Source: Eledone cirrhosa
Lineage: Eukaryota
Reading direction: 5' to 3'
NCBI GenBank assembly: GCA_964016885.1
Contig: OZ024742.1
Location: forward strand, 332,692,001 to 332,756,000
Length of the DNA: 64,000 bases
In this document: positions 41,405 through 59,400 of the stretch, piece after piece
Layout of the letters: each line of letters starts with the position of its first letter
Position numbering within the stretch: position 1 is the stretch's first letter
The notes under the pieces: model-generated
Database searches by the model: none
What the model was told of the DNA's origin: nothing
The model's input: the letters and a program-made list of their open reading frames with translations, nothing else
Program-made: the position numbers and the translations under genes

Positions 41405-44400
41405 TACCACGGTTACTACCACGACTCTCTCTCTCTTCACCACTGTTACTACTACGACTCTTTCCTATTAACACTGTTACTACCACGGATCTCTCTTATC
41501 ACCACTGTTATCACAACAACTCTCTCTTATCACCACTGTTACAACCACGACCCTCTCTTATCACTACTGTTACTACTACGACTCTCTCCTATTATCACTG
41601 TTATCACAAAAACTCTCTCTTATCACCAATGTTACTAAAACGACTCTCTCTTGTCACCACTGTTATCACAATAACTCTCTCTTATTACCACTGTTACTAC
41701 CACGACTCTCTTTTATCACCACTGTTATCTCAACACTCTCTCTTATCAACACTGTTATCACAAAAACTCTCTCTTATCACCACTGTTACTAACACGACTG
41801 TCTCTTATCACCAATATTACTACTATGACTCTCTCTTATGACCACTGTTACTACCATGACTCCCTCTTATCACCACTGTTATCACAACTCTCTCTTATCA
41901 CCACTGTTAATAACACGACCCTGCCTGATCACTAATGTTACTACCACGACTCTCTATTATCACCACTGAAATCACAACAACTCTCTCCCATCACCATTGT
42001 TTTTACAACGACTCTCTCTTATTACCACTGTTTTCACAACAACCCTCTCTTATGACCACTGTTACTACCACCGATCTCTCTTATCACCACTGTTATCACA
42101 ACAACTCTCTCTTATCACCACTGTTACTACCACGACTCTCCCTTATCACTACTGTTACTACTACGACTCTCTCCTATTACCACTGTTATCACAAAAACTC
42201 TCTCTTATCACCAATGTTACTACCACGACTCTCTCTTATCACCACTGTTAATAACACATCCCTCCCTAATCACTAATGTTACTACCACGACTCTCTCTTA
42301 TCACCACTGTTATCACAACAACTCTCTCTTATCACCACTGTTACTACCACGGCTCTCTTTTATCACCACTGTTATCACAACAGTCTCTCTTATCAACACT
42401 ATTATCACAACAACTCATTCTTATCACCACTGTTACTACCACGACTCTCTCTTATCACCACTGTTATCACAACAACTCTCTCCTATCACCATTGCTAATA
42501 CCACGACTCTCTGTTATCACCACTGTTAGTACCACGTCTCTCTCTTATCACCACTCTTACCACAACAACACTCTCTTATCACCACTGTTATCACAACAAC
42601 TCTCTCTTATGACCACTGTTACTACCACGACTCTCTTTTATCAGCACTATTATCTCAACACTCTCTCTTATCAACACTGTTATCACAAAAAACTCTCTCT
42701 TATGACCACTTTTACTACCACGACTCTCTCTTATCACCACTGATACTACTACGACTCTCTCCTATTAGCACTGTTATCACAACAACTCTCTCTTATCACC
42801 AATGTTACTAACATGACTCTCCATTATCACCACTGTCAATACCACGACTCTCTCTTATCACCACTGTTATCAAAACAACTGTCTCTTATCAACACTGCTA
42901 TCAAAACAACTCTCTCTTATCACCACTGTTACTAACACCACTCCCTTTTATCACCACAGTTACTAACACAATTCACTCTTATCACCAATGTTACTACCAC
43001 GATTCTCGCTTATCACCACTGTTATTACAACAACTCTCTCTTATCACCACAGTTACTACCACGACTCTCTCTCATCACCACTGTTACTACTACGACTCTC
43101 ACCTATTAACACTGTTATCACAACAACCTTCTCTTATCATCTCTGTTAACACAACTCTCTCTTGTCAACACTTTTATTACAAAAACTATCTCTTATCACC
43201 ACTGTTATCACAACAACTCTCTCTTATCACCACTGTTACTAACACAACTCTCTTTCATCACCACTGTTTCTACCACAGCTCTCTCTTATCACCACTGTTA
43301 TTACCACGACTCTCAGTTACAACCACTGTTACTACCACCACTCTCTTATCACCACTGTTATCGCGACAACTCTCTCTTATCACCACTGTTATCACAACAA
43401 TTTTCTCTTATCACCACAGTTACTACCACGACTCTCTCTTATCACCACTGTTAGCACAACAACCCTCTCTTATCACCACTGCTATCAGAACAACTCTCAC
43501 TTATCACCACTATTACTACAACGACTCTCTCTTATCACCACTGTTATCACAACAACTCTCGCTTATCACCACTGTTACTAACACGACTCTCTCTTATCAC
43601 CACTGTTACTACCACAACACTCTCTTATCACCAATGTTACTACCACAATTCTCTCTCTTATCACCACTGTTATCAAAACAACTATATCTTATCACCACCT
43701 TTACTCCTATGACTCTCACTAATCACCACTATTATCACAACAACTCTCCCATATCACCACTCTTACTACCACGACACTCTCTTATCACCACTGTTATCTC
43801 AACAACTTTCTCTTATCACCACAGTTACTACCACGACTCTCTCTTATCACCACTTTTATCACAACAACTCTCTCTTATCACCACTGTTATCAGAACAACT
43901 CCCACTTATCACCACTATTACTACAATGACTCTCTCTTATCACCATTGTTACTACCACGACTCTCTCTTATAACCACTGTTACGACCACAACTCTCTCTT
44001 ATCACCACTGTTACAACCACGACTCTCTCTTATCACCACTGTTATCAGAACTCTCTCTTATCAACACTTATCACAACAACTCTCTCTTATCACCACTTTT
44101 ATCACAACAACTCTCTCTTATCTCCACTGTTACTACCACGACTCTTTTTTATCACGACTGTTATCACAACAACTTTCTCTTATCACCGCTGTTACGACCA
44201 CGTCTCTCTCTTATCACCACTGTTACTACCACGAATCTCTCTTATCACCACTCTTACTACCACGACTCTCTCTTATCACCACTCTTACTAATACGACTCT
44301 CTCCTATTACCACGGTTATCACAACAACTCTCTCTTATCACCACTGTTATCACAACAACTCTCTCTTATCACAACTGTTACTACCACGACTCTTTCTTAT

Positions 44401-47400
44401 TACGACTGTTATCACACCAACTTTCTCTTATCACCACTGTTACTACCACGACTCTTTCTTATCACGACTGCTATCACAAAAACCTTCTCTTATGACCACT
44501 GTTACTACCACCAATCTCTCTTATCATCACTGTTAATACTACGACTCTCTCTTATCAACACTGTTATCACAACAACTCTCTCCTATCACCATTGTTACTA
44601 CCACGACTCTCTCTTATCACCACTCTTACTAATACGACTCTCTCCTATTACCACGGTTATCACAACAACTCTCTCTTATCACCACTGTTATCACAACATC
44701 TCTCTCTTATCACCACTGTTACTACTACGACTCTCCTTATTACGACTGTTATCACAACAACTTTCTCTTATCACCACTGTTACTACCACAACTCTTTCTT
44801 ATCACGACTGTTATCACAACAATTCTATATTATCACCACTGTTATCACAACACCTCTCTCTTATCACCACTTTAATCACTACAACTCTCTCTTATCACCA
44901 CTGTTACTACCACGACTCTCTTATCACCACTGTTATCACAACAAGTCTCACTTATCACCACAGTTATCAAAACAACTCTCTCTTATCACCACTGTTATCA
45001 CTACAACTCTCTCTTATCACTACTGTTACTACCACGACTCTTTCTTATCACGACTTTTATCACAACAACTTTTTCTTATCACCACTGTTACTACCACGAC
45101 TCCTTCTGATCACGACTGTTATCACAACAACCTTCTCTTATGACCACTGTTACTACCACCGATCTCTCTTATCACCACTGTTACTCCCACGACTCTCTCT
45201 TATCACCAATGTTATCACAACAACTCTCTCTTATCACCACTGTTACTACCACGGCTCTCTCTTATCACCACTGTTATCACAACAACTCTCGCTTATCACC
45301 ACTGTTACTAGCAGGACTCTCTCTTATCACAACTGTTACTACCACGACTCTCTCTTATCACCACAGTTACTACGACAATTCTCACTTATCACCAGTGTTA
45401 CGACCACGACTCTCTCAAATCACCACTGTTATCACATCAACTCTCTCTTAACACCACTGTTACTACCACGACTCTCTCTTATCACTACTGTTATCACAAC
45501 AACTCTCTCTTATCACCACTTTTACTACCACGACTCTCTCTTATCATCACTCTTATCACAACAACTCTCTCTTATCAACACAACTCTCTCTTATCACCAC
45601 TTTTACTACCACGACTCTCTCTTATCACCACTGTTACTACTACGACTCTCTCCTATTAGCACTCTTATCACAACAACTCTCTCTTATCACCGATGTTACT
45701 AACATGACTCTCCATTATCAATACCACGACTCTCTCTTATCACCACTGTTACTACCACGACACTCTTATCACGACTATTATCACAACAACTCTCTCTTAT
45801 CACCACTGTTACTACCACGGCTCTCTCTTATCACCACTGTTCTCACAACAACTCTCGCTTATCACCACTGTTACTAACATGACTCTCTCTTTTCACCACT
45901 GTTTTCGCCATAACTCTCTCTTATCACAATTGTTATCACAAAAACTCTCTCTTATTACCACGGTTACTACCACGACTCTCTCTCTCTTCACCACTGTTAC
46001 TACTACGACTCTTTCCTATTAACACTGTTACTACCACGGATCTCTCTTATCACCACTGTTATCACAACAACTCTCTCTTATCACCACTGTTACAACCACG
46101 ACCCTCTCTTATCACTACTGTTACTACTACGACTCTCTCCTATTATCACTGTTATCACAAAAACTCTCTCTTATCACCAATGTTACTAAAACGACTCTCT
46201 CTTGTCACCACTGTTATCACAATAACTCTCTCTTATTACCACTGTTACTACCACGACTCTCTTTTATCACCACTGTTATCTCAACACTCTCTCTTATCAA
46301 CACTGTTATCACAAAAACTCTCTCTTATCACCACTGTTACTAACACGACTGTTACTACCATGACTCCCTCTTATCACCACTGTTATCACAACTCTCTCTT
46401 ATCACCACTGTTAATAACACGACCCTGCCTGATCACTAATGTTACTACCACGACTCTCTATTATCACCACTGAAATCACAACAACTCTCTCCCATCACCA
46501 TTGTTTTTACAACGACTCTCTCTTATTACCACTGTTTTCACAACAACCCTCTCTTATGACCACTGTTACTACCACCGATCTCTCTTATCACCACTGTTAT
46601 CACAACAACTCTCTCTTATCACCAATGTTATCACAACAACTTTCTCTTATCACCACTGTTACTACCACGGCTCTCTCTTATCACCACTGTTATCACAACA
46701 ACTCTCTCTTATCACCACTGTTACTACCACGGCTCTCTCTTATCACCACTGTTATTACAACAACTCTCTCTTATCACTACTGTTACTACTACGACTCTCT
46801 CCTATTACCACTGTTATCACAAAAACTCTCTCTTATCACCAATGTTACTAGCACGACTCTCTCTTATCACCACTGTTAATAACACATCCCTCCCTAATCA
46901 CTAATGTTACTACCACGACTCTCTCTTATCACCACTGTTATCACAACAACTCTCTCTTATCACCACTGTTACTACCACGGCTCTCTTTTATCACCACTGT
47001 TATCACAACAGTCTCTCTTATCAACACTATTATCACAACAACTCATTCTTATCACCACAGTTACTACCACGACTCTCTCTTATCACCACTGTTATCACAA
47101 CAACTCTCTCCTATCACCATTGCTAATACCACGACTCTCTGTTATCACCACTGTTAGTACCACGTCTCTCTCTTATCACCACTCTTACCACAACAACACT
47201 CTCTTATCACCACTGTTATCACAACAACTCTCTCTTATGACCACTGTTACTACCACGACTCTCTTTTATCAGCACTATTATCTCAACACTCTCTCTTATC
47301 AACACTGTTATCACAAAAAACTCTCTCTTATCACCACTTTTACTACCACGACTCTCTCTTATCACCACTGATACTACTACGACTCTCTCCTATTAGCACT

Positions 47401-50400
47401 GTTATCACAACAACTCTCTCTTATCACCAATGTTACTAACATGACTCTCCATTATCACCACTGTCAATACCACGACACTCTCTTATCACCACTGTTATCA
47501 AAACAACTGTCTCTTATCAACACTGCTTCAAAACAACTCTCTCTTATCACCACTGTTACTAACACCACTCACTTTTATCACCACAGTTACTAACACAATT
47601 CACTCTTATCACCAATGTTACTACCACGATTCTCGCTTATCACCACTGTTATTACAACAACTCTCTCTTATCACCACAGTTACTACCACGACTCTCTCTC
47701 ATCACCACTGTTACTACTACGACTCTCACCTATTAACACTGTTATCACAACAACCTTCTCTTATCATCTCTGTTAACACAACTCTCTCTTGTCAACACTT
47801 TTATTACAAAAACTATCTCTTATCACCACTGTTATCACAACAACTCTCTCTTATCACCACTGTTACTAACACAACTCTCTTTCATCACCACTGTTTCTAC
47901 CACAGCTCTCTCTTATCACCACTGTTATTACCACGACTCTCAGTTACAACCACTGTTACTACCACCACTCTCTTATCACCACTGTTATCGCGACAACTCT
48001 CTCTTATCACCACTGTTATCACAACAATTTTCTCTTATCACCACAGTTACTACCACGACTCTCTCTTATCACCACTGTTAGCACAACAACCCTCTCTTAT
48101 CACCACTGCTATCAGAACAACTCTCACTTATCACCACTATTACTACAACGACTCTCTCTTATCACCACTGTTATCACAACACCTCTCTCTTATCACCACT
48201 TTAATCACTACAACTCTCTCTTATCACCACTGTTATACCACGACTCTCTTATCACCACTGTTATCACAACAAGTCTCACTTATCACCACAGTTATCAAAA
48301 CAACTCTCTCTCATCACCACTGTTATCACTACAACTCTCTCTTATCACTACTGTTACTACCACGACTCTTTCTTATCACGACTTTTATCACAACAACTTT
48401 TTCTTATCACCACTGTTACTACCACGACTCCTTCTGATCACGACTGTTATCACAACAACCTTCTCTTATGACCACTGTTACTACCACCAATCTCTCTTAT
48501 CACCACTGTTACTCCCACGACTCTCTCTTATCACCAATGTTATCACAACAACTCTCTCTTATCACCACTGTTACTACCACGGCTCTCTCTTATCACCACT
48601 GTTATCACAACAACTCTCGCTTATCACCACTGTTACTAGCAGGACTCTCTCTTATCACAACTGTTACTACCACGACTCTCTCTTATCACCACAGTTACTA
48701 CCACAATTCTCACTTATCACCAGTGTTACGACCACGACTCTCTCAAATCACCACTGTTATCACATCAACTCTCTCTTAACACCACTGTTACTACCACGAC
48801 TCTCTCTTATCACTACTGTTATCACAACAACTCTCTCTTATCACCACTTTTACTACCACGACTCTCTCTTATCACCACTCTTATCACAACAACTCACTCT
48901 TATCAACACAACTCTCTCTTATCACCACTTTTACTACCACGACTCTCTCTTATCACCACTGTTACTACTACGACTCTCTCCTATTAGCACTCTTATCACA
49001 ACAACTCTCTCTTATCACCGATGTTACTAACATGACTCTCCATTATCAATACCACGACTCTCTCTTATCACCACTGTTACTACCACGACACTCTTATCAC
49101 GACTATTATCACAACAACTCTCTCTTATCACCACTGTTACTACCACGGCTCTCTCTTATCACCACTGTTCTCACAACAACTCTCGCTTATCACCACTGTT
49201 ACTAACATGACTCTCTCTTTTCACCACTGTTTTCGCCATAACTCTCTCTTATCACAATTGTTATCACAAAAACTCTCTCTTATTACCACGGTTACTACCA
49301 CGACTCTCTCTCTCTTCACCACTGTTACTACTACGACTCTTTCCTATTAACACTGTTACTACCACGGATCTCTCTTATCACCACTGTTATCACAACAACT
49401 CTCTCTTATCACCACTGTTACAACCACGACCCTCTCTTATCACTACTGTTACTACTACGACTCTCTCCTATTATCACTGTTATCACAAAAACTCTCTCTT
49501 ATCACCAATGTTACTAAAACGACTCTCTCTTGTCACCACTGTTATCACAATAACTCTCTCTTATTACCACTGTTACTACCACGACTCTCTTTTATCACCA
49601 CTGTTATCTCAACACTCTCTCTTATCAACACTGTTATCACAAAAACTCTCTCTTATCACCACTGTTACTAACACGACTGTCTCTTATCACCAATATTACT
49701 ACTATGACTCTCTCTTATGACCACTGTTACTACCATGACTCCCTCTTATCACCACTGTTATCACAACTCTCTCTTATCACCACTGTTAATAACACGACCC
49801 TGCCTGATCACTAATGTTACTACCACGACTCTCTATTATCACCACTGAAATCACAACAACTCTCTCCCATCACCATTGTTTTTACAACGACTCTCTCTTA
49901 TTACCACTGTTTTCACAACAACCCTCTCTTATGACCACTGTTACTACCACCGATCTCTCTTATCACCACTGTTATCACAACAACTCTCTCTTATCACCAC
50001 TGTTACTACCACGACTCTCCCTTATCACTACTGTTACTACTACGACTCTCTCCTATTACCACTGTTATCACAAAAACTCTCTCTTATCACCAATGTTACT
50101 ACCACGACTCTCTCTTATCACCACTGTTAATAACACATCCCTCCCTAATCACTAATGTTACTACCACGACTCTCTCTTATCACCACTGTTATCACAACAA
50201 CTCTCTCTTATCACCACTGTTACTACCACGGCTCTCTTTTATCACCACTGTTATCACAACAGTCTCTCTTATCAACACTATTATCACAACAACTCATTCT
50301 TATCACCACTGTTACTACCACGACTCTCTCTTATCACCACTGTTATCACAACAACTCTCTCTTATCACCACTGTTATCACAACAACTCTCTCTTATCACC

Positions 50401-53400
50401 AATGTTACTACCACGACTCTCTCTTATCACCACTGTTATCACAACAACTCTCTCCTATCACCATTGTTAATACCACTACTCTCTGTTATCACCACTGTTA
50501 GTACCACGTCTCTCTCTTATCACCACTCTTACCACAACAACCCTCTCTTATCACCACTGTTATCACAACAACTCTCTCTTATGACCACTGTTACTACCAC
50601 GACTCTCTTTTATCACCACTGTTATCTCAACACTCTCTCTTATCAACACTGTTATCACAAAAACTCTCTCTTATCACCACTTTTACTACCACGACTCTCT
50701 CTTATCACCACTGATACTATTACGACTCTCTCCTATTAGCACTCTTATCACAACAACTCTCTCTTATCACCAATGTTACTAACATGATACTCCATTATCA
50801 CCACTGTCAATACCACGACTCTCTCTTATCACCACTGTTATCAAAACAACTCTCTCTTATCAACACTGCTATCAAAACAACTTTCTCTTATCACCACTGT
50901 TACTAACACCACTCCCTTTTATCACCACAATTAATAACACAATTCACTTTTATCACCAATGTTACTACCACGATTATCGCTTATCACCACTGTTATTACA
51001 ACAACCCTCTCTTATCACCACAGTTACTACCACGACTCTCTCTCATCACCACTGTTACTACTACGACTCTCACCTATTAACACTGTTATCACAACAACCT
51101 TCTCTTATCATCTCTGTTAACACAACTCTCTCTTGTCAACACTTTTATTACAAAAACTATCTCTTATCACCACTGTTATCACAACAACTCTCTCTTATCA
51201 CCACTGTTACTAACACAACTCTCTTTCATCACCACTGTTTCTACCACAGCTCTCTCTTATCACCACTGTTATTACCACGACTCTCAGTTACAACCACTGT
51301 TACTACCACCACTCTCTTATCACCACTGTTATCGCGACAACTCTCTCTTATCACCACTGTTATCACAACAATTTTCTCTTATCACCACAGTTACTACCAC
51401 GACTCTCTCTTATCACCACTGTTAGCACAACAACCCTCTCTTATCACCACTGCTATCAGAACAACTCTCACTTATCACCACTATTACTACAACGACTCTC
51501 TCTTATCACCACTGTTATCACAACACCTCTCTCTTATCACCACTTTAATCACTACAACTCTCTCTTATCACCACTGTTATACCACGACTCTCTTATCACC
51601 ACTGTTATCACAACAAGTCTCACTTATCACCACAGTTATCAAAACAACTCTCTCTCATCACCACTGTTATCACTACAACTCTCTCTTATCACTACTGTTA
51701 CTACCACGACTCTTTCTTATCACGACTTTTATCACAACAACTTTTTCTTATCACCACTGTTACTACCACGACTCCTTCTGATCACGACTGTTATCACAAC
51801 AACCTTCTCTTATGACCACTGTTACTACCACCAATCTCTCTTATCACCACTGTTACTCCCACGACTCTCTCTTATCACCAATGTTATCACAACAACTCTC
51901 TCTTATCACCACTGTTACTACCACGGCTCTCTCTTATCACCACTGTTATCACAACAACTCTCGCTTATCACCACTGTTACTAGCAGGACTCTCTCTTATC
52001 ACAACTGTTACTACCACGACTCTCTCTTATCACCACAGTTACTACCACAATTCTCACTTATCACCAGTGTTACGACCACGACTCTCTCAAATCACCACTG
52101 TTATCACATCAACTCTCTCTTAACACCACTGTTACTACCACGACTCTCTCTTATCACTACTGTTATCACAACAACTCTCTCTTATCACCACTTTTACTAC
52201 CACGACTCTCTCTTATCACCACTCTTATCACAACAACTCTCTCTTATCAACACGACTCTCTCTTATCACCACTTTTACTACCACGACTCTCTCTTATCAC
52301 CACTGTTACTACTACGACTCTCTCCTATTAGCACTCTTATCACAACAACTCTCTCTTATCACCGATGTTACTAACATGACTCTCCATTATCAATACCACG
52401 ACTCTCTCTTATCACCACTGTTACTACCACGACACTCTTATCACGACTATTATCACAACAACTCTCTCTTATCACCACTGTTACTACCACGGCTCTCTCT
52501 TATCACCACTGTTATCACAACAACTCTCGCTTATCACCACTGTTACTAACATGACTCTCTCTTTTCACCACTGTTTTCGCCATAACTCTCTCTTATCACA
52601 ATTGTTATCACAAAAACTCTCTCTTATTACCACGGTTACTACCACGACTCTCTCTCTCTTCACCACTGTTACTACTACGACTCTTTCCTATTAACACTGT
52701 TACTACCACGGATCTCTCTTATCACCACTGTTATCACAACAACTCTCTCTTATCACCACTGTTACAACCACGACCCTCTCTTATCACTACTGTTACTACT
52801 ACGACTCTCTCCTATTATCACTGTTATCACAAAAACTCTCTCTTATCACCAATGTTACTAAAACGACTCTCTCTTGTCACCACTGTTATCACAATAACTC
52901 TCTCTTATTACCACTGTTACTACCACGACTCTCTTTTATCACCACTGTTATCTCAACACTCTCTCTTATCAACACTGTTATCACAAAAACTCTCTCTAAT
53001 CACCACTGTTACTAACACGACTGTCTCTTATCACCAATATTACTACCATGACTCTCTCTTATGACCACTGTTACTACCATGACTCCCTCTTATCACCACT
53101 GTTATCACAACTCTCTCTTATCACCACTGTTAATAACACGACCCTGCCTGATCACTAATGTTACTACCACGACTCTCTATTATCACCACTGAAATCACAA
53201 CAACTCTCTCCCATCACCATTGTTTTTGCAACGACTCTCTCTTATTACCACTGTTTTCACAACAACCCTCTCTTATGACCACTGTTACTACCACCGATCT
53301 CTCTTATCACCACTGTTACTCCCACGACTCTCTCTTATCACCAATGTTATCACAACAACTTTCTCTTATCACCACTGTTACTACCACGGCTCTCTCTTAT

Positions 53401-56400
53401 CACCACTGTTATCACAACAACTCTCTCTTATCACCACTGTTACTACCACGACTCTCCCTTATCACTACTGTTACTACTACGACTCTCTCCTATTACCACT
53501 GTTATCACAAAAACTCTCTCTTATCACCAAAGTTACTACCACGACTCTCTCTTATCACCACTGTTAATAACACATCCCTCCCTAATCACTAATGTTACTA
53601 CCACGACTCTCTCTTATCACCACTGTTATCACAACAACTCTCTCTTATCACCACTGTTACTACCACGGCTCTCTTTTATCACCACTGTTATCACAACAGT
53701 CTCTCTTATCAACACTATTATCACAACAACTCATTCTTATCACCACTGTTACTACCACGACTCTCTCTTATCACCACTGTTATCACAACAACTCTCTCCT
53801 ATCACCATTGCTAATACCACGACTCTCTGTTATCACCACTGTTAGTACCACGTCTCTCTCTTATCACCACTCTTACCACAACAACACTCTCTTATCACCA
53901 CTGTTATCACAACAACTCTCTCTTATGACCACTGTTACTACCACGACTCTCTTTTATCAGCACTATTATCTCAACACTCTCTCTTATCAACACTGTTATC
54001 ACAAAAAACTCTCTCTTATCACCACTTTTACTACCACGACTCTCTCTTATCACCACTGATACTACTACGACTCTCTCCTATTAGCACGGTTATCACAACA
54101 ACTCTCTCTTATCACCAATGTTACTAACATGACTCTCCATTATCACCACTGTCAATACCACGACTCTCTCTTATCACCACTGTTATCAAAACAACTGTCT
54201 CTTATCAACACTGCTATCAAAACAACTCTCTCTTATCACCACTGTTACTAACACCACTCCCTTTTATCACCACAGTTACTAACACAATTCACTCTTATCA
54301 CCAATGTTACTACCACGATTCTCGCTTATCACCACTGTTATTACAACAACTCTCTCTTATCACCACAGTTACTACCACGACTCTCTCTCATCACCACTGT
54401 TACTACTACGACTCTCACCTATTAACACTGTTATCACAACAACCTTCTCTTATCATCTCTGTTAACACAACTCTCTCTTGTCAACACTTTTATTACAAAA
54501 ACTATCTCTTATCACCACTGTTATCACAACAACTCTCTCTTATCACCACTGTTACTAACACAACTCTCTTTCATCACCACTGTTTCTACCACAGCTCTCT
54601 CTTATCACCACTGTTATTACCACGACTCTCAGTTACAACCACTGTTACTACCACCACTCTCTTATCACCACTGTTATCGCGACAACTCTCTCTTATCACC
54701 ACTGTTATCACAACAATTTTCTCTTATCACCACAGTTACTACCACGACTCTCTCTTATCACCACTGTTAGCACAACAACCCTCTCTTATCACCACTGCTA
54801 TCAGAACAACTCTCACTTATCACCACTATTACTACAACGACTCTCTCTTATCACCACTGTTATCACAACAACTCTCGCTTATCACCACTGTTACTAACAC
54901 GACTCTCTCTTATCACCACTGTTACTACCACAACACTCTCTTATCACCAATGTTACTACCACAATTCTCTCTCTTATCACCACTGTTATCAAAACAACTA
55001 TATCTTATCACCACCTTTACTCCTATGACTCTCACTAATCACCACTATTATCACAACAACTCTCCCATATCACCACTCTTACTACCACGACACTCTCTTA
55101 TCACCACTGTTATCTCAACAACTTTCTCTTATCACCACAGTTACTACCACGACTCTCTCTTATCACCACTTTTATCACAACAACTCTCTCTTATCACCAC
55201 TGTTATCAGAACAACTCCCACTTATCACCACTATTACTACAATGACTCTCTCTTATCACCATTGTTACTACCACGACTCTCTCTTATAACCACTGTTACG
55301 ACCACAACTCTCTCTTATCACCACTGTTACAACCACGACTCTCTCTTATCACCACTGTTATCAGAACTCTCTCTTATCAACACTTATCACAACAACTCTC
55401 TCTTATCACCACTTTTATCACAACAACTCTCTCTTATCTCCACTGTTACTACCACGACTCTTTTTTATCACGACTGTTATCACAACAACTTTCTCTTATC
55501 ACCGCTGTTACGACCACGTCTCTCTCTTATCACCACTGTTACTACCACGAATCTCTCTTATCACCACTCTTACTACCACGACTCTCTCTTATCACCACTC
55601 TTACTAATACGACTCTCTCCTATTACCACGGTTATCACAACAACTCTCTCTTATCACCACTGTTATCACAACAACTCTCTCTTATCACAACTGTTACTAC
55701 CACGACTCTTTCTTATTACGACTGTTATCACACCAACTTTCTCTTATCACCACTGTTACTACCACGACTCTTTCTTATCACGACTGCTATCACAAAAACC
55801 TTCTCTTATGACCACTGTTACTACCACCAATCTCTCTTATCATCACTGTTAATACTACGACTCTCTCTTATCAACACTGTTATCACAACAACTCTCTCCT
55901 ATCACCATTGTTACTACCACGACTCTCTCTTATCACCACTCTTACTAATACGACTCTCTCCTATTACCACGGTTATCACAACAACTCTCTCTTATCACCA
56001 CTGTTATCACAACATCTCTCTCTTATCACCACTGTTACTACTACGACTCTCCTTATTACGACTGTTATCACAACAACTTTCTCTTATCACCACTGTTACT
56101 ACCACAACTCTTTCTTATCACGACTGTTATCAAAACAACTTTCTCTTATGACCTTTGTTACTACCACCAATCTCTCTTATCATCACTGTTAATACTACGA
56201 CTCTCTCTTATCAACACTGTTATCACAACAACTCTCTCCTATCACCACTGTTAGTACCACGACTCTCTCTTATCACCACTGTTATCACAACAACTCTCTC
56301 TCATCACCACTATTACTAACACGACTCTCTCCTATCAACACTGTCATCACAACAACTCTCTATTATTACCACTGTTACAACCACGACTCTCTTATCACCA

Positions 56401-59400
56401 CTATTATCGCAACAACACTCTCTTATCACCACTGTTTTCACAACAACTCTCGCTTATCACAACTGTTACTAGCACGACTCTATCTTGTCACCACTGTTAC
56501 TACCACGACTCTCTCTTATCACCACTGTTATCACAACAACTCTCTCTTATCACCACTGTTATCACAACAACTCTCTCTTATCACCAATGTTACTACCACG
56601 ACTCTCTCTTATCACCACTGTTATCACAACAACTCTCTCCTATCACCATTGTTAATACCACTACTCTCTGTTATCACCACTGTTAGTACCACGTCTCTCT
56701 CTTATCACCACTCTTACCACAACAACCCTCTCTTATCACCACTGTTATCACAACAACTCTCTCTTATGACCACTGTTACTACCACGACTCTCTTTTATCA
56801 CCACTGTTATCTCAACACTCTCTCTTATCAACACTGTTATCACAAAAACTCTCTCTTATCACCACTTTTACTACCACGACTCTCTCTTATCACCACTGAT
56901 ACTATTACGACTCTCTCCTATTAGCACTCTTATCACAACAACTCTCTCTTATCACCAATGTTACTAACATGATACTCCATTATCACCACTGTCAATACCA
57001 CGACTCTCTCTTATCACCACTGTTATAAAAACAACTCTCTCTTATCAACACTGCTATCAAAACAACTTTCTCTTATCACCACTGTTACTAACACCACTCC
57101 CTTTTATCACCACAATTAATAACACAATTCACTTTTATCACCAATGTTACTACCACGATTATCGCTTATCACCACTGTTATTACAACAACCCTCTCTTAT
57201 CACCACAGTTACTACCACGACTCTCTCTCATCACCACTGTTACTACTACGACTCTCACCTATTAACACTGTTATCACAACAACCTTCTCTTATCATCTCT
57301 GTTAACACAACTCTCTCTTGTCAACACTTTTATTACAACAACTATCTCTTATCACCACTGTTATCACAACAACTCTCTCTTATCACCACTGTTACTAACA
57401 CAACTCTCTTTTATCACCACTGTTTCAACCACAGCTCTCTCTTATCACCACTGTTATTACCACGACTCTCAGTTACAACCACTGTTACTACCACGACTCT
57501 CTTATCACCACTGTTATCGCGACAACTCTCTCTTATCACCACTGTTATCACAACAATTTTCTCTTATCACCACAGTAACTACCACGACTCTCTCTTATCA
57601 CCACTGTTATCACAACAACCCTCTCTTATCCCCACTGCTATCAGAACAACTCTCACTTATCACCACTATTACTACAACGACTCTCTCTTATCACCACTGT
57701 TATCACAACAGCTCTCGCTTATCACCACTGTTACTAACACGACTCTCTCTTATCACCACTGTTACAACCACAACTCTCTCTTATCACCACTGGTACTAAA
57801 ACGACTCTCTCATATTACCACTGTTACTACCACAACACTCTCTTATCACCAATGTTACTACCACAATTATCTCTCTTATCACCACTGTTATCAAAACAAC
57901 TATATCTTATCACCACCTTTACTCCTATGACTCTCACTAATCACCACTATTATCACAACAACTCTCCCATATCACCACTCTTACTACCACGACACTCTCT
58001 TATCACCATTGTTATCTCAACTTTCTCTTATCACCACAGTTACTATCACGACTCTCTCTTATCACCACTGTTATCACAACAACTCTCTCTTATCACCACT
58101 GTTATCAGAACAACTCCCACTTATCACCACTATTACTACAATGACTCTCTCTTATCACCATTGTTACTACCACGACTCTCTCTTATAACCACTGTTACGA
58201 CCACAACTCTCTCTTATCACCACTGTTATCAGAACTCTCTCTTATCAACACTGTTATCACAACAACTCTCTCTTATCACCACTGTTACTACCACGACTCT
58301 TTTTTATCACGACTGTTATCACAACAACTTTCTCTTATCACCGCTGTTACGACCACGTCTCTCTCTTATCACCACTGTTACTACCATGAATCTCTCTTAT
58401 CACCACTCTTACTACCACGACGCTCTCTTATCACCACTCTTACTAATACGACTCTCTCCTATTACCACGGTTATCACAACAACTCTCTCTTATCACCACT
58501 GTTATCACAACAACTCTCCCATATCACCACTCTTACTACCACGACACTCTCTTATCACCATTGTTATCTCAACTTTCTCTTATCACCACAGTTACTATCA
58601 CGACTCTCTCTTATCACCACTGTTATCACAACAACTCTCTCTTATCACCACTGTTATCAGAACAACTCCCACTTATCACCACTATTACTACAATGACTCT
58701 CTCTTATAACCACTGTTACGACCACAACTCTCTCTTATCACCACTGTTATCAGAACTCTCTCTTATCAACACTGTTATCACAACAACTCTCTCTTATCAC
58801 CACTGTTACTACCACGACTCTTTTTTATCACGACTGTTATCACAACAACTTTCTCTTATCACCGCTGTTACGACCACGTCTCTCTCTTATCACCACTGTT
58901 ACTACCATGAATCTCTCTTATCACCACTCTTACTACCACGACGCTCTCTTATCACCACTCTTACTAATACGACTCTCTCCTATTACCACGGTTATCACAA
59001 CAACTCTCTCTTATCACCACTGTTATCACAACAACTCTCTCTTATCACAACTGTTACTACCACGACTCTTTCTTATCACGACTGTTATCACAACAACTTT
59101 CTCTTATGACCACTGTTACTACCACCAATCTCTCTTATCATCACTGTTAATACTACGACTCTCTCTTATCAACACTGTTATCACAACAACTCTCTCCTAT
59201 CACCATTGTTACTACCACGACTCAATCTTATCACCACTCTTACTAATACGACTCTCTCCTATTACCACGGTTATCACAACAACTCTCTCTTATCACCACT
59301 GTTACTACTACGACTCTACCTTATTACGACTGTTATCACAACAACTTTCTGTTATCACCACTGTTACTACCACAACTCTTTCTTATCACGACTGTTATCA